64,000 bases of DNA, from assembly GCA_904063045.1 (NCBI GenBank), contig CAJFCJ010000007.1, positions 2,549,404-2,613,403 on the forward strand. The letters run 5' to 3'. Shown here in pieces: positions 22,202 through 36,549 of this stretch (its first letter is position 1; every line of letters begins with the position of its first letter). The stretch is from Dimorphilus gyrociliatus. Lineage: Eukaryota > Animalia > Annelida. The position numbers and the translations under genes are program-made. Under the pieces are notes generated by a model. The model had not been told where the DNA came from. It did no database searches and saw nothing but the letters and a program-made list of their open reading frames with translations.

Positions 22202-25200
22202 TTAAAAATACTCTGAATCTGAGCTGAGCGAAGGCGTTCGGTCTTCTTCCGAAGGGGCGGCGGATTTAATTAAACAATTATTATTTTTTATCTTCGGTAA
22301 AATTTCTTGAAGTATTAGGCTTAAGCATTCTGCAACGGCGTAATCCGGAGCGCATGCTAAAGCTGGAGTATGTCCTATAAATAAGAGAAGGTAATAATCA
22401 TAAAAGGTATGCAGTTTATCAACAATCTTAAATAGTTGTTTTATTTACCGTGTTTATCAACGGCTAATACGTTGGCTTTACGTAGAATTAATAATTTGAC
22501 AACTTTAACAAGACCATTTTTGGCAGCCAAATGTAGAGCGCTAACACCGTCAGCGTTCACTTGGTTGATAAGAGACAACGCTCCGTTATTGTTCAGAATG
22601 AGCAAAGCAATATCGGAGTGTTTCTGTAAATATACAACAAAAATAAAAAAAAGAAATAATTAATAACGTTCGCATTTGAATAACAAATCAATGATACTAA
22701 TTAGTAAGAAAAGTATTATAGTACAATTAAAAGAAGGGCGGTTAAAGTGATGGCGAGGATAAGGGGACCATTTTTAATAAAAGATAAATATTAGCCTATA
22801 TTTAAGTGAAGAGTATATATTCATATTTTATATAAAAAAAAAGAATATCTTACATTTAGGCAAGCGTAATGAAGAACAGAGTTGGATTCTTTATCACAGA
22901 CAGTAATCTTTGCGTTATTTGCCAATAAGAATTCTAGAATCACAAAGAAATAAACAAACAGTTATTTAATTAGATATTTTATCGATCAATATCATTATTT
23001 ATGTACCAAAAGCATCTTTTGAACCGGACATTGCACTATATAGTAACGCAGTTTTGCCTTGCATATCCTGGTGATTTACATCACCACCATGTTTAGTTAA
23101 AATTTGTAAAGTTTCAACGTTATTTCCGTAAGCTGCTGCTTGTATACTTGTTCTAAAAATAGACAATATGACATTATTAAAAAACAAATAAAACAATAGA
23201 AAATATATTTTTTTATTGTTTGTTACCTTCCTTTGGCATCCTCTAAATCAACAATTGTTTGATGATAGAATTCAAATAGTACATCGCAGCAACCATCATG
23301 ACCGTTAAGGCTATTAAAAAAATGATAAACATATGTATAATTAATCATCTATATATAATATATACAATACATATATATATATAGATATTTGATATAATAC
23401 CTTGCGCAATGCAAAGGACTAAAAGTATTTCCTGGAAAATTTGCTCCAAAACGAATACTGGAACGGCTTGTTTCGCTACTCGATTCTATAGAAAAGGTCG
23501 AAATTATGAATAATAAAAATATTAATTTGATAATAAAGTTTATTTTTCAAACCTTCTATTGATGCTTTCTTTTGTAATAAACTTTCAACACATATTTCGT
23601 TGCCGCTATAACAAGCCCAATGGAGCGGAGTGTAACCGTACCTGTTGAGTTTATTCAGCTATAAAGGGAAAATAAATATCAACCGTAAATATCAAACCTG
23701 TCTACTACGTCAATATCATCCATATAGCGAAGTAGAGTGGATAAAACCGGTACGTGTCCGGCCATTGCTGCATACTGTAATGCGGTTTTTCCGCTTTTGT
23801 CTTTTGCAATAATATTTGCTCCACACTGCAAAAGAGCCTCCACTATTTCCTCGAATCCGTTACCTGCAGCGGCGTGTAATGGCCCGTGTCCTTGAACATC
23901 TGGACTATCGACTCGGGCATTATAGGATAAAAGATGCTGTACACACTCAGTATGTCCCATTATACATGCTAACATTAAAGGACTTCTTCCTTCTCCATTA
24001 AGCCAATTTACTGCTTCCTCTTCCTCGCAATGTTCTAATAAGACTTTAATTACGCTTAAATGTCCAGCAGCGGTTGCGAAATGCAGCGGTGTCGATTTCG
24101 TAATTCCTTCCTGTACATACATGGAAGCTCCCAGTGAAAGTAAAAGTTGAGAAACATGAGCATGTCCTTGAGCCGCCGACAAATGTAGTGGTGTTCTTCC
24201 GCTTTGATCTCCAACGTCTAATTGCTGAGTAACCTCGGCTGTTTGAACATGGATTTAACAATATTAATATCATTCGTACACTTCTAAATCAAAAGTAACT
24301 AGAAACCTAATAAATGAATAGCATCGGAATGACCAAAGTAGGCTGCTAAATGTATTGGATAAATAGGTGGTTGTATGAGGTCCGTCGTAGTTAATAAAAC
24401 AGAAAAAACGTTGATATTTCCCTTAACAGAGGCATAGTGTAAAGCGTTAAAACCCAATCTATCTGTTGCCGTTAAATTTGCCTCCTCTGATAATAAAATA
24501 TCAACAATGCGCCCGTCAGAATCGTAAGCAGATGCATAATGCAAAGGTGAGCATCCATTTTCATCGGGAAAATCGTAGTCGGCTCCCTATTAAGAATGAA
24601 GAATAGGACACATAAGCTTGGAAATGAATTACGTGAAAAATCTTTATTGTTTCTTACCTGCTCTAATAAAACTCTCGTAAATTCATAATGAGAATGCAAA
24701 CAACTATAGTGTAATGGTGTTCGATTACTAGTATCACAAATGTTTACGTCTATTGGGCAATTAGATTTTAATATCATCCGTAATATCTCCACATTTCCAC
24801 CACAAGCTGCCGCATGTAGACAGGTTCTATCTTCTAAATCAACTATTTTCAAAACTTCATCACAAATCAACAGGCAACTTGACTCTTCGTGAGCAAATAA
24901 AGCGGCTAGATGCATTGGTGTCATTCCGTCATTGTCCTTTCTTAGCTTATCTGCATTATGCTCCAAAAGTGTTTTCACGAGAAGGTGATGGCCATATTTT
25001 GATGCTATATGAAGAGCTGAGTTACCGTTGTTATCGGCGTGTTCCACATCAGCGTTCATTTCGATAAGCATCTTCGCTCTCATACACCTATCGTGCAGAG
25101 CTGCCATAATTAACGGAGATCGACCCTGATTATCAACATAATTAGGATCAGCACGTTGACCTAATAAAATTTCTAAGCACATAGCTCCGTGCGTTGATGC

Positions 25201-26146
25201 AGCAGCAAAGTGCAAAGGCGTTTCACCGTCATTATTCGTGGCGTTGATATTCGCACCTCGAGTAATGAGCAAGCGAGCGACAACATCCTGCCCATTTAAA
25301 CAGGCAATATGTAGGGGAGTATTACCTTGGCCATTTACGGTATCAACGCCAACTCCTAAATCCAAAAGTAACCTAACAACGGATGTTTGACCAGAACTTG
25401 AGGCTGCGTGAATTGGAGTATTTTGTTGATAATCTCTACATGACGCTTCGGCACCGTGTTGTAATAGGATTTGAACAACGGCAACGTGGCCCATATAGCA
25501 AGCATAATGTAAGGGTCTCCTATCTTTTTTATCGAATGCATTAACCGCAGCACTATGATCTAAAAGGAATTCGGCCATTTGAGTATGGCCATTAAGGCAA
25601 GCATGATGTAAGCTAGTCCGACCAGCTCTGTCCGAGACATTAACGTTTGTCAAATGGTTCATCAACAATTCAGCACATTTAACTGCATTATTAGCAGAAG
25701 CTATGTGCAATGGTGTTTGCCAACATTTATCTCTAGCGTTAACATCGGCACCCTGTCGATTAAGAAAACCATGTTAAAGGAGAAAGTAAAATATTGATTG
25801 TTAGTCGTACGTGTTCGAAGAATATTCTAACACATTGTTCACTCTTAGAACAGCAGGCACGATGTAGAGGTGTTAACCAATGACTATCTTTAGCGTTCAC
25901 TCGCGCACCGCTCAATAAGAGCAATTCCCCAATTTCTGGCTCGTTACAAAAAGCTGCCGCGTGAAGAGCTGTCCGTTTTGCCGTATCATAATAATTTACA
26001 TCCTCTTTCTTGTACAAAAGCGATCGAATAAGATCGGCGTCTCCTTGGAAGACGGCTTGAATTATTTGAGGCTGAAAGAAGCGTTACTGACATTCATCGT
26101 TTAACAATTTTAACTGATAACATACTTCATCATCTAGATCCAGCAT
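22202..26146 (-). CDS. Protein phosphatase 6 regulatory ankyrin-repeat subunit (ANKRD28/44/52 family)
   Basis: MLDLDDE|PQIIQAVFQGD...KRTALHAAAF, RVNAKDSHWLTPLHRAC, NVSDRAGRTSLHHA, many ankyrin repeats and C-terminal GHTPALACAP...ECLSLIL. Confidence 0.92.
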
Positions 26147-26539
26147 GATATGAAAAGTTAATCATCACCCTTAGATGAGTATAAAATAAAAATTGTGAAC
26201 AATGTTCAAAAACGTGATGAGGTTAACAGCGTCCTTAGAAAAGCGCGGCCATTTTACCAGTAAATATTAGTGCCGCAGTAATTTTTTTAAAACTGGCGCG
26301 GGATTTGAATTATATTTAAATACCAATTACTTGTCATTTCATAATTATTACTTCCTTTTATCGGATTCTATTTCTTACGTAAAGTGTTGTCAAAAACATA
26401 TAAAATGAGCAACAACTTTGTTACAATATGTAAATAAATACATTAATAAACAAAACAAATGTTTTTTTTTATCTTTAACGAATTCAAAATTTATTGATGG
26501 TTTGGAGTTTACATGTAAACATTCGTAAACATCAAAGAT

Positions 26540-27116
<577 letters not shown>

Positions 27117-27882
27117 AATGGCGTACGGATAAACAGGAAAAGGAAATCTCTATCGTCTGCTTTCGTGATCTCGTGTTCTTCTAGCGATTGGCGCCAATTT
27201 TCGATATAACAACTAAAAAGATGTAATTTTATTTTGCAAAAAGACTAAAATGTAAACTTTTTACCTGTGATTTCAAACGTGATTTTGCTTAATTCATAGT
27301 TTTTATAATTGATTGTTACTTTTTATATCAGTAAATATTCCGTCTCATTTATGTGTATAGCATGTTTTTCCAAAAATGTTTATTTTATTTTGTTGCTTTG
27401 ATATCTTTCAAGCAGAACGACTATCGTGTAATTGAAAATTGTCCCCTAATTCTTTTCCCTCGGAGCCATTAAAAATTTTATGAAAGGACTTTGGTTTTAT
27501 TTATTCAGGTTTTTGTTGCGAAATATCTTTAATTTATGCGAAGATTTAAGCTTGTAAAGTATAAACTCTGAATAATAATATTTAAAATATCAATAAGTAG
27601 TATGAATAATATTTAACTATATTACAACCTTCCGTTTTGTGGCTTATGATTAATCAATCTAAAAAATTCAATGCATTCATAATATTCACAGCTGTGACTC
27701 TTTTTTAAAAAATGTTTTCACTTATATATATAAAAAAACCTCTTTTGGTCTCTCAGAAAATGTACAAACAGAGCTAAAAACGTAAAAAGCAATTTATGGG
27801 TTTTTTTTTAATTGAAAACGGGGTCAATTTATCTTTTTAAGCAAATATACCGTTATATAATATCTCAAACTGGATAAAAGCC

Positions 27883-28633
27883 TTAGCTTTTACCAATTTT
27901 CGATTTGCGAACTAAATCTTCTCTACCCATATCAATCATTTGTTTTTCCCAGTTTTCTAGCTTTTCTTGATAGACTTCACGATTGTATGCTGCTTTGTTC
28001 TGATAAGGCAATTTATCTTCTTCACTTAAATTCTTCCATTCCTCAGCTAGGTGTTTTACAAATTCTGTAATTGGTCGATCAAGTCTTAAGTGCTCCTTTT
28101 CTTTGAGAAAGCAAGCAAACGAGGAAGTGGGACCTGCTTTTGGTTTGTTTAATTTACGGTTTTCGGCCTGTTTTTTTCTCTTCTGCCTAGATAATTTTTT
28201 TTGTCTAATTTCTTCGGCCATCTCCCTTTTCGCAGACGGTGACAATGACAGCAAAAAAGCAGCCTTATCTTTGACATATGTATTTCTTAGTTCTTCACTC
28301 TTCATACGGTACTCATCCTTCTTTTCATCAACTAGAGCTCTCCATTTCTCGCCAACTATACGACCCATTTCAGGCACATTACGAGTTGGTATTTCTGGAC
28401 GAACTTCATGGAAAAATATAGCGTAAGCGTTTGGAGGCCTTTTCGGGGCTACTTTTAAGTGCTGAGATAAGGCACAAACTTTGTATACTTCATTAAATGG
28501 TCTAAAATAGGGATAATTTGAACAATTGATGAATGGTTATTTTTCATGACTATCGAAAAACATTATATAACGTAATAACGGACCTTGATAAAAAATTAGT
28601 AGAAATTCTAGAAATAAATTGTAACGCCGCCAT
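27883..28633 (-). CDS. TFAM: Mitochondrial transcription factor A (two HMG boxes)
   Basis: N-terminal presequence-like MAALQFISRISTNFLSR; HMG1 PKRPPNAYAIF, HMG2 PKAGPTSSFACF and tail NWEKQMIDMGREDLVR typical of TFAM. Confidence 0.88.
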
Positions 28634-29582
28634 TTTCTGATACTCTATAGGCCGGTAGCTGGGTATCCAGTTCCATTAAGGAGATAAAAAACATAACGAT
28701 TAAACTTGGTAGGAAAAACTACTGACCATATTAAAAGTTTGCCTACAATCCACGACAAAATAAATTCTAAAAAGATTAAACTGCTCATTGAAAGAACTTT
28801 GAATTTTTATCAGAAAATTAAACTTTCATAAAAATAAATGAACTTTTAGAATTAACCGAAACGATATTAGATTGCTTCAAGTAATTAAATTCTTTTTTTT
28901 TTAAAGTGAATTTGCAAACACAGCACTTAAGCAAAATAAAAAATGATTGATAATTCATACACAATATTTATATTTATATATATAGTATATACAAACATAT
29001 ATTTATATATAGATATTATAAAAGTTTTTATAAAATTAAGTAGGTTCACAGTGCACTCAGATAAAATGTCATAACAATTGAGAATAAAAAAAGAATATGA
29101 ATATTTAGCTGATATATAATCGAATGAGGTCATAGTATGAATGATGCATAAAATTAACGTCCTTATACCTGAAATTTGTTTATAAACTTTTTGTTTTTAT
29201 TACATCTATCTACTTTTTCATTAAAGTTAATGTATTTTGATTGTCTGATGACATATTCTTATATAATGTACATTTGAGTAATAACAATCTAAACATTATA
29301 ATAGTTATAATAATCGGAATCGGCTGTTGAAATATATTCGTTTTTGAAAAAAAGAACGGAAATCTCAAAAAACAAACTGCAGAGTGCGATATGTATCGGG
29401 TATCACATTTGATCAACTTGAATATGAACAGATAATCTAGGTTAAAACAAATTGAAAGTTTCACTACAGTTTTTTTAGTAATCAAAGAGAAAAAAAAGGC
29501 TTTATATGTTTATAAAAAAAAAAGTTAAACCTACAAATCGAATAATTTATAATATAAAATTACTATTTCCTTTCGTAAGTTC

Positions 29583-30747
29583 TTACGAACTGGACGATCT
29601 GATATTATTTTCTTTGCCGCTGGATCGAAATTCGTTCTTTAGAGGCTGGGGCAAGTAAAGGCGAACTTCATCTTCCTCGTCAATCGCTTCGGAAGAATCA
29701 ATAGAAGGATTGTAAGAATGCGATGAGGTGTCTGAAGCAGTGGTTGTCGATAAATTACTTTTCAATTTCAAAGCTTTCTTTGGAGAAACGTTATTCCTCT
29801 GATTTGCCGGTTTAACGGTAAGTATTAAATTTGAGGAATTGGCTACCATCATATCCGTAACTTGATCAAGTAATTTTCCTTGCACTGATATTCCATTGAC
29901 TTCAAGTACTTCGTCATTTACTGCCAATAAACCAGTAGATTCTGCTAATCCCCCAGGTACGAGCCGAGAAATAAAAATGCTTTGAACCTGAAGATAACAG
30001 AGAATAGACTTAGTCTATTTTTATCTATTCTTGAGATATATCAAACACAAACTTTTTCAAGACCAGCAGGTGTTATTCTTACACTTGTTCCGTCTCTAAT
30101 GTAAAAACCTAAAGGTTTTTCTTGGCCGTTTTTCATGAGCTTTACTCTCCTTTGGCTTTCAGGTATCATATCCACATCTATAATTGCAGACACTTTTCGA
30201 AAGTCTTCTGGTAAAGATATGATAGGACCCTGTCGTACTCGTGGTGGTTCTTGGGGCTGAGAACTACCCATTAATTTGCTAAGTACACCTCGTTTAGCCC
30301 TTAATTGCGACCCAAATCCCTGCAACTCCAGTACGCTGCCTGGTAAAATTAAACTTAGTGATAAAGCCATTCTTTAATACACAAATTAAAATTGATTATA
30401 CCTTTCTTTTCCACTAGTAGCTTAAGTAATGGTTTAGAAACATCCAAAGCTTTCCTATAGTTATCATCATTGTTAATTGGTAACAAATCTCCATGGTAAT
30501 CCGTGTAACAAATTAGAAATGGCCAATCTTTCAATCCATGAATTCTTTCTACTAATTTTCGAAATTCTTCAAAGCTCGTTTGTGTTGTTTTATCCACGCT
30601 AAATCGCCGGAATTCGGATACAAACTGCACAATAGTAACACATGATGAATAGGTGCAATACAACACCCGTATTATTGAACTTACTTTACTTTTAATCTCG
30701 ACAATTCGAGGATCAAATCTTGGAAAAGTCTTTTGATTATGTGACAT
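29583..30747 (-). CDS. PARD6: Partitioning defective 6 (PB1, CRIB, PDZ)
   Basis: VEIKSK|[37 protein letters not shown] and [10 protein letters not shown]...[28 protein letters not shown]. Confidence 0.97.
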
Positions 30748-32367
30748 AATTTGTTAAATCCTATATTCAGGCAAACCCATAGCAAGAAATGTTAGACGAT
30801 AGCTTTAAATATAGTGGAAAGCAGCGAAAATCGGCAAAACACCTAAATAAAATCAACAACCGATGACGCTATTGATAGTCTCGTTTCAGGTGTGGAATCC
30901 CCGGAATTTGCCTAAAGAGTTTCGTAAATTGTTAAATATTAAGTATCTAAATATGAAGTCAATAGAAATAAATCAATCAGTTGAAAAATACTGAATATAA
31001 AAATGATCTACAATATCGATTTCAGTAAATTTCACAAAATACGAAAACAACGTTGTGTGAGATATTTTTAAATACTAATTAAAATATAACACAACTTTTT
31101 TAATGGAGACTCTTTTCTTTAAAAAAAGAACATTAACATTAAAAAGATTCTGAAAAGCTATAATAATTTATAATTTAAGAGGTCTTACCGTGTGAAGCAG
31201 ATAAATCTTTTATTTAATATTTGCTTAAATTTAAGGGGAAAAAGTTGTTCCTTGATTACACATATCAAAGTCTATAGAAAAAAAGGTAACAGGTACATGT
31301 AATTTTCTTCTATTTAAAGAGATTTCTTCATTCCTCTTTGATGAGTGCGTTAAAAGCTCGTTTACCGCACTGAATAACTCTTTGCAGCTATTTCCATTTT
31401 CTCACGTATTTGTTTATGGAACTACTTGTTGTTTGCACATATACGTATTCAAATATCATAAAACATCCACATATTTATAAAGTATATTTCCAAAAATAGA
31501 TTTATATTTGAATAGCCTCATTCTGGACTATCTCTTATGCTAAATCCATGACAAAATTTTCATGAGAATAAAACCCCAAAATCTGTTCAATTATAAATTA
31601 CCATTTTTTTCATTTCCGTTTGATAACAGAGATTTTTTCAGAGTCGCGTTGTCCTCGTTAAGCAGTGTATACAGATACTATTGAGTAAATTCGAGAAAGA
31701 ATTTATTCGTTCTGCGTTGTAGAAAATATCTGTCCATTGCAGGGCTCTAAATAATTTTTTTATAAAGTTATTAAATACTAAGTAAACGTAGTTAAAGATG
31801 GAGGTTATCGATGTTATTTAAATCCATTACAACCATTTAGAAGATTCTTCTTTTTATAGCTCTTTAACAGATTAATCAATAAATGTGAATAAAGACTTTA
31901 ATGCTCCCTATTCAAGATGTCTTTTTTGTAATTTAGATTTATTTATTCAGTGCTAGATTATTAAATTTATAATATTTTGTATACACTGGCTGTTTTCCTA
32001 TGATCGACCTTGGAGCGTATATAATAGATAAATATTTTTTCATTTCACATGTCATTCGTGGGAAAATGGAACACGCAAAGATATTACTTTTTGAATAATT
32101 CATACTACAGAAAAATTGATTATTTTTAAAGAATAGACTCAGTAACGAAAAAAGCTCTTTAATAAATTCAAACACAGGCCCTATTATATTTAAAAACAAC
32201 ATATAATTCTATTGTGACATAAAGATATTGTTGAACTTAAACTATTTTAATTATGAGTAAAAATTAAAAAAAGGCGGGAGCTTTAACGTCACTTCCGCAT
32301 ACTTGATTTAGCTGTACCGACTCGAAAATTGCAGACGGATATTTCCTTTTCCGCTAAGTTTTCAGAC

Positions 32368-33689
32368 ATGGTAGGTTTATTCTCTCAAAAATCCGGAAAA
32401 ATCTTTCTTTAAAGTCGTTTAACACGAAAATTTTATTGTTGAATTCGTCGAATATTCTCTCATTAACATGATATATTCGATTTGTGATACTTACGGCTTT
32501 ATTTGAAAATATTTGTCGCTTTTTTCTTGGCCGCTGCTGGCACTACATTTGATTTCCTTGAATCGGAGTCAAACGATCAAGCACGGCCTAAAATAAGCAT
32601 GTAAATCAAGCTAATGAGTGATAGACAACGTATTCATTGGTTCAAGAGCATTGGTACATAATGAATTTTCTGTTTTAGGGGCGAGGACCGAAGAAACATC
32701 TGAAGCGTTTGAATGCGCCAAAACACTGGATGCTCGACAAAGTCGGCGGTGTATTCGTGAGTATTTTACAATATTACTTCTATGCCGTTATCGAAGCTCT
32801 AATATGGATAAACTGTATTTGGGTCATGTTACGGCTAGATTAATAATTTCTGACGGTCGCCCGTTTAGAGCTCCTGTCCTATTCGTGCATTACCAACTGA
32901 TAGTAACATAAAATTTTCCAATACAGGCGCCGAAACCTAGTGCTGGACCACACAAAACTAGGGAATGTCTCCCATTGATGATATTCTTGCGTAATCGTCT
33001 AAAGTATGCTTTGACCTACGATGAATGCAAGAAAATTGTCAACCAGCGCTTGATTAGAGTAGACGGTAAAGTGCGAACTGATAAGACCTTCCCTTGCGGT
33101 TTCATGGATGTCATCACCATCCAAAGAACTAATGAGCACTTTCGTCTAGTGTATGATGTTAAAGGCCGATTCATTGTTCACCGTATTACCCCTGAAGAGG
33201 CCAAGTATAAATTGTGCAAAGTAAAAAGAATACAGGTTGGCCCTAAAGGTGTACCTTTCATCGTTACACACGATGCTCGTACCATCCGTTACCCGGATCC
33301 CCTTATTAAACTAAACGATACCGTACGTGTCGATATTGCAACCGGAAAGATCAAGGATTATCTAAAGTTCGATTCCGGTATGATTGTTATGATCACCGGA
33401 GGTAGGAACTTGGGAAGAGTTGGAACCATCACACACCGTGAAAAACATCCCGGCTCTTTCGACATCGTACACGTAAAAGATAAGGAAGGACATATTTTCG
33501 CTACTCGGTGAGTTTCATCAACAAAAATATGCGAATGTTTTTTCTAACATTTTTCTAAATTGAAGATTAAACAACACCTTCATCATCGGTAAGGGCAGCA
33601 ACCCCTGGATTTCTCTACCTAAAGGCAAAGGTATCAAATTGTCGGTTGCAGAAGAGAGAGACAAGAGAATCGCCAAGAAAGAAATCTAA
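32368..33689 (+). CDS. RPS4: 40S ribosomal protein S4 (eS4)
   Basis: ATG|[21 protein letters not shown]...|[10 protein letters not shown]...RNRLKYALT; 4 exons; TCT-like TTTCCTTTTCC at 32342-32352. Confidence 0.99.
32527..32661 (+). ncRNA. Box H/ACA snoRNA in RPS4 intron 1
   Basis: Hairpin GGCCG...CGGCC, H box AAAATA(A) at 32590-32596, second hairpin (GCTAATGAGTG/TATTCATTGGT) and ACA at 32656-32658 plus 3 nt; about 135 nt. The 3' pocket pairs with LSU rRNA CUUGA-U-C-UUGAUUU. Confidence 0.8.
32782..32911 (+). ncRNA. Box H/ACA snoRNA in RPS4 intron 2
   Basis: Hairpin GCCGT...ACGGC, H box AGATTA at 32837-32842, second (weaker) hairpin and ACA at 32906-32908 plus 3 nt; about 130 nt. Confidence 0.72.
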
Positions 33690-34232
33690 ATGAACGATTG
33701 TTTATGTATGTGCGTGTAGTTTTAAAAATAAATACAGGCACCTATTGACAAATTCAGTTTATCGGTTGTGTACATAAACAGTAGTTTTATTTTGAAAAAA
33801 TGAAGCTGCAAAAAAGCATGACACCTTAATTCTCAACGTATGAAAAGTCTGCATGAGGACGAGTGTAGAAGCACGGCAACACTTGCAGGTGCCTAAGTTT
33901 CAGAAGAAAAAAAATCAGTACATATACATTCGATTATGGCACTCGAACAACAACGCAAACCTATCTCACTGCGCGACAGATACAGAATGCATTTGGCCAA
34001 TTTAAGGCAAAAAAAAACTATTCAAAATCTACACAATGCAGGTTGTTTACGCGTAAATAGTGCATATAAGTTTAGTAATCAAGAGATACAGGGACAACTG
34101 CAGTGACATAAACAAAACAAAAAAAAACTTCCGCGTTCAGTGTTTAACACCGGGGATAATACAAAAAAAAAGAAAATGTTAATAGAAACAAGGCATTAGG
34201 GATAGAAAAGAGCAGTTTGACTACTAAAAATA

Positions 34233-35322
34233 TCAATTATTATTAGCATCGCCGTCCGTTGGCGACTTCGTCGCTACTTTTTGCATAAGGTTGCTCTCGG
34301 CTTTGGTAGTTCTATCCCAAGTATGGCCCATAGGGCGCCGATAACATTTATGCTTTTCGAAATGTTCCTTGCGAAAAAAGCCGCGAGAACAATTTGAACA
34401 GATGTAGCTGTAGACACCTCTATGGATGCGCATATGCCTAGAAAAGTTGCTACTTCTGGCGAATAATTTGCTGTAAAAGGTAAGTAATATATAATTATAA
34501 CTTATGTTGATATGTGTATGAATAATTAAAGACTTACCTGCAGTGTGGGCAAACAAAGCAGACCTCACCATTGATAATTCGTGATTCTTTACGTAAATTT
34601 AAATATTTGCTTTGTTTAACGACTTTAATGAAAGACGTTGCGCCCGAACCAGAGTTAGCTGCAGTACCGTTCTCGCTTTCTGTCGGTACAATTTCGTACC
34701 TGCCAGTATCTAAAACGAAAGTACTACTGCTATGACTTTCAGATGCTGGTTTCATATTGGACGAGGTTTTATTTCTGGGAACGCTCATGTCAATCGGTTC
34801 ATCCGGATCTTGAGCGCTCAATGCAGCTAGTGAAAGAGCTGTATCCATTTCGGATTTTCTAAGTGTGTCAGACCCTGGATCTATTCCAATGGGCTGAACA
34901 GATCTGTACTCGGAAGAGTGCCTAGAATCTTTCATTTCATTTTTAACTGTTCCTTCATCAGAACAGCCACTAGTAGGCAATTGCGTTCTTTGTGGTACAG
35001 ACGTCTTTCTTCTACTCCTAGATTGTTGCCTATTTGCCATATCGTCACTTTGATCATCCGAATTTTTCGATTCCCCGCTAAAAGGGTTTGCCTCGTCAAT
35101 ACATTCATCATCACTCTCCTCCTTCACAGTATTTTGAGTGGAGCGTTTCATCCATCGCTCTTCGTTTTCGTTGCAGTCGTTTGTCACTTTCCCAGACGTC
35201 TTATATTCTGCGACTTTGACGTCTACCCATAGCATAAAGTCTCTCAAACCATCTAAATTAGAGGCATCATTCACCAACGTAACGAACTGCTGTTTCAAGC
35301 TATCTAAGCTCATTGAACCCAT
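34233..35322 (-). CDS. Zinc-finger protein with an unrecognised helical N-terminal domain, acidic/Ser-rich linker and two C-terminal fingers
   Basis: CPHC|SKLFARSSNFSRHMRIH (C2H2) followed by CSNCSRGFFRKEHFEKHKC (C2HC-type); one intron near 34539-34471. Confidence 0.8.
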
Positions 35323-35891
35323 CCGAATTTTAGACAGCCATTTTGAAGTGCTGCATAGAACAGGCCAAATCACTCAGATTTATTATATAAAGGTTGTCTT
35401 CAATAAAGACGTAAAATTTCCTAAAATGAAAATTAAAAACAAAGTAGAGCAAATGTTGGAACTATGTAGAGTGTCCGATTACGAAATTCTAGCGCGGTCG
35501 GTAATTTTGCGCAACGCTTATCTCGAATTAGGCTACGAGAGTTTGTTGACCCTGGTAAAACCAAGCTGGGATAGGCCAACTTCTCGTCTGACGTGTTCCA
35601 ATTTTTAACTCAATAGCTCATTACATAATATGGTTGATAGATAACTTACAACAATAGCGGGTCCGAAAAGACTAAACAACACAGACCAAATGGCCCGTAA
35701 ATATCTTCATTTTTGGGGCAACTTTTTTATGAAACCGGAACCAGTAACTGGTTTCTGTTAGCAAAATATTCTAAAATAACACACCAGTTTTTTCTAGCGG
35801 GAAAATTTGATTTGATTTATTTATTTATCATAAATATTTCATAATTGTTATATCACAGAAAAATGAAAAAATAGCCTAAATATAGTATTCA

Positions 35892-36549
35892 TCATAAACT
35901 AGCTTTGTTAATAATATTATCAACACTTTCTTGTGCAGCTCTTGTTAATTCACCTGCTTCAGATTTTATCTTATGAATTACTATCTCCATTGCTTGTCTT
36001 CCCTTTGCAGCATTAGAGGAACATGTTTTTAACATCAAATCTTCCAAATAAGTTGTTAGAGGTACTCCTTCAATCTTTATAACGGCTTCTTGTTCAAGTA
36101 AAGTACATGATGGTCTTGTTGGATGAGGTTTATACTCTAGTTTCTCATCAATAGTCACCAAATTGGAAAGAGTTAAATTTCTTGAAAATAACTGCATTGT
36201 TTTATTACTATGATTTACTTCTGATACTTCACTAACATAAGCAGTTCTATTCAAGCCAATGAGTCTTGTAACAAAATCAGGAACTCCCCAAAAAGTTGAC
36301 ATCAATCGATGACTTCTAAGAACTCCGTCTGTTGTAACTTGCCTATCCACAACGTCCACTCCTACTACATTAGGATTCATAGGATTTGGGTATTTTCTCC
36401 AAGCGGCTTGAACTACAGTTTCCCATGGATGTCTGGAATTTCAAACACGTGGCTAATATATTTTGTCAAATATAATCGGTTTTAAATTTTCAGTAAATAT
36501 CAAAAAATTTTACTCACTCAAAAACGTGCTCTGATTTATAAATCTTCAT
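35892..36549 (-). CDS. PRELID3: PRELI domain protein 3 / slowmo (mitochondrial lipid transfer)
   Basis: MKIYKSEHVFE|HPWETVVQAAWRKYPNPMNPNVVGVDVVDR...CSSNAAKGRQAME. Confidence 0.96.

Noticed and set aside
31336-31371. TTGATGA...CTGA as a C/D snoRNA
   Set aside because: Only ~35 nt, the interior is self-paired, and there is no rRNA-complementary guide or host intron.
35138-35608. 156-aa + strand ORF antisense to the zinc-finger gene
   Set aside because: No recognisable domain; it overlaps the real CDS and promoter and is consistent with a shadow ORF.
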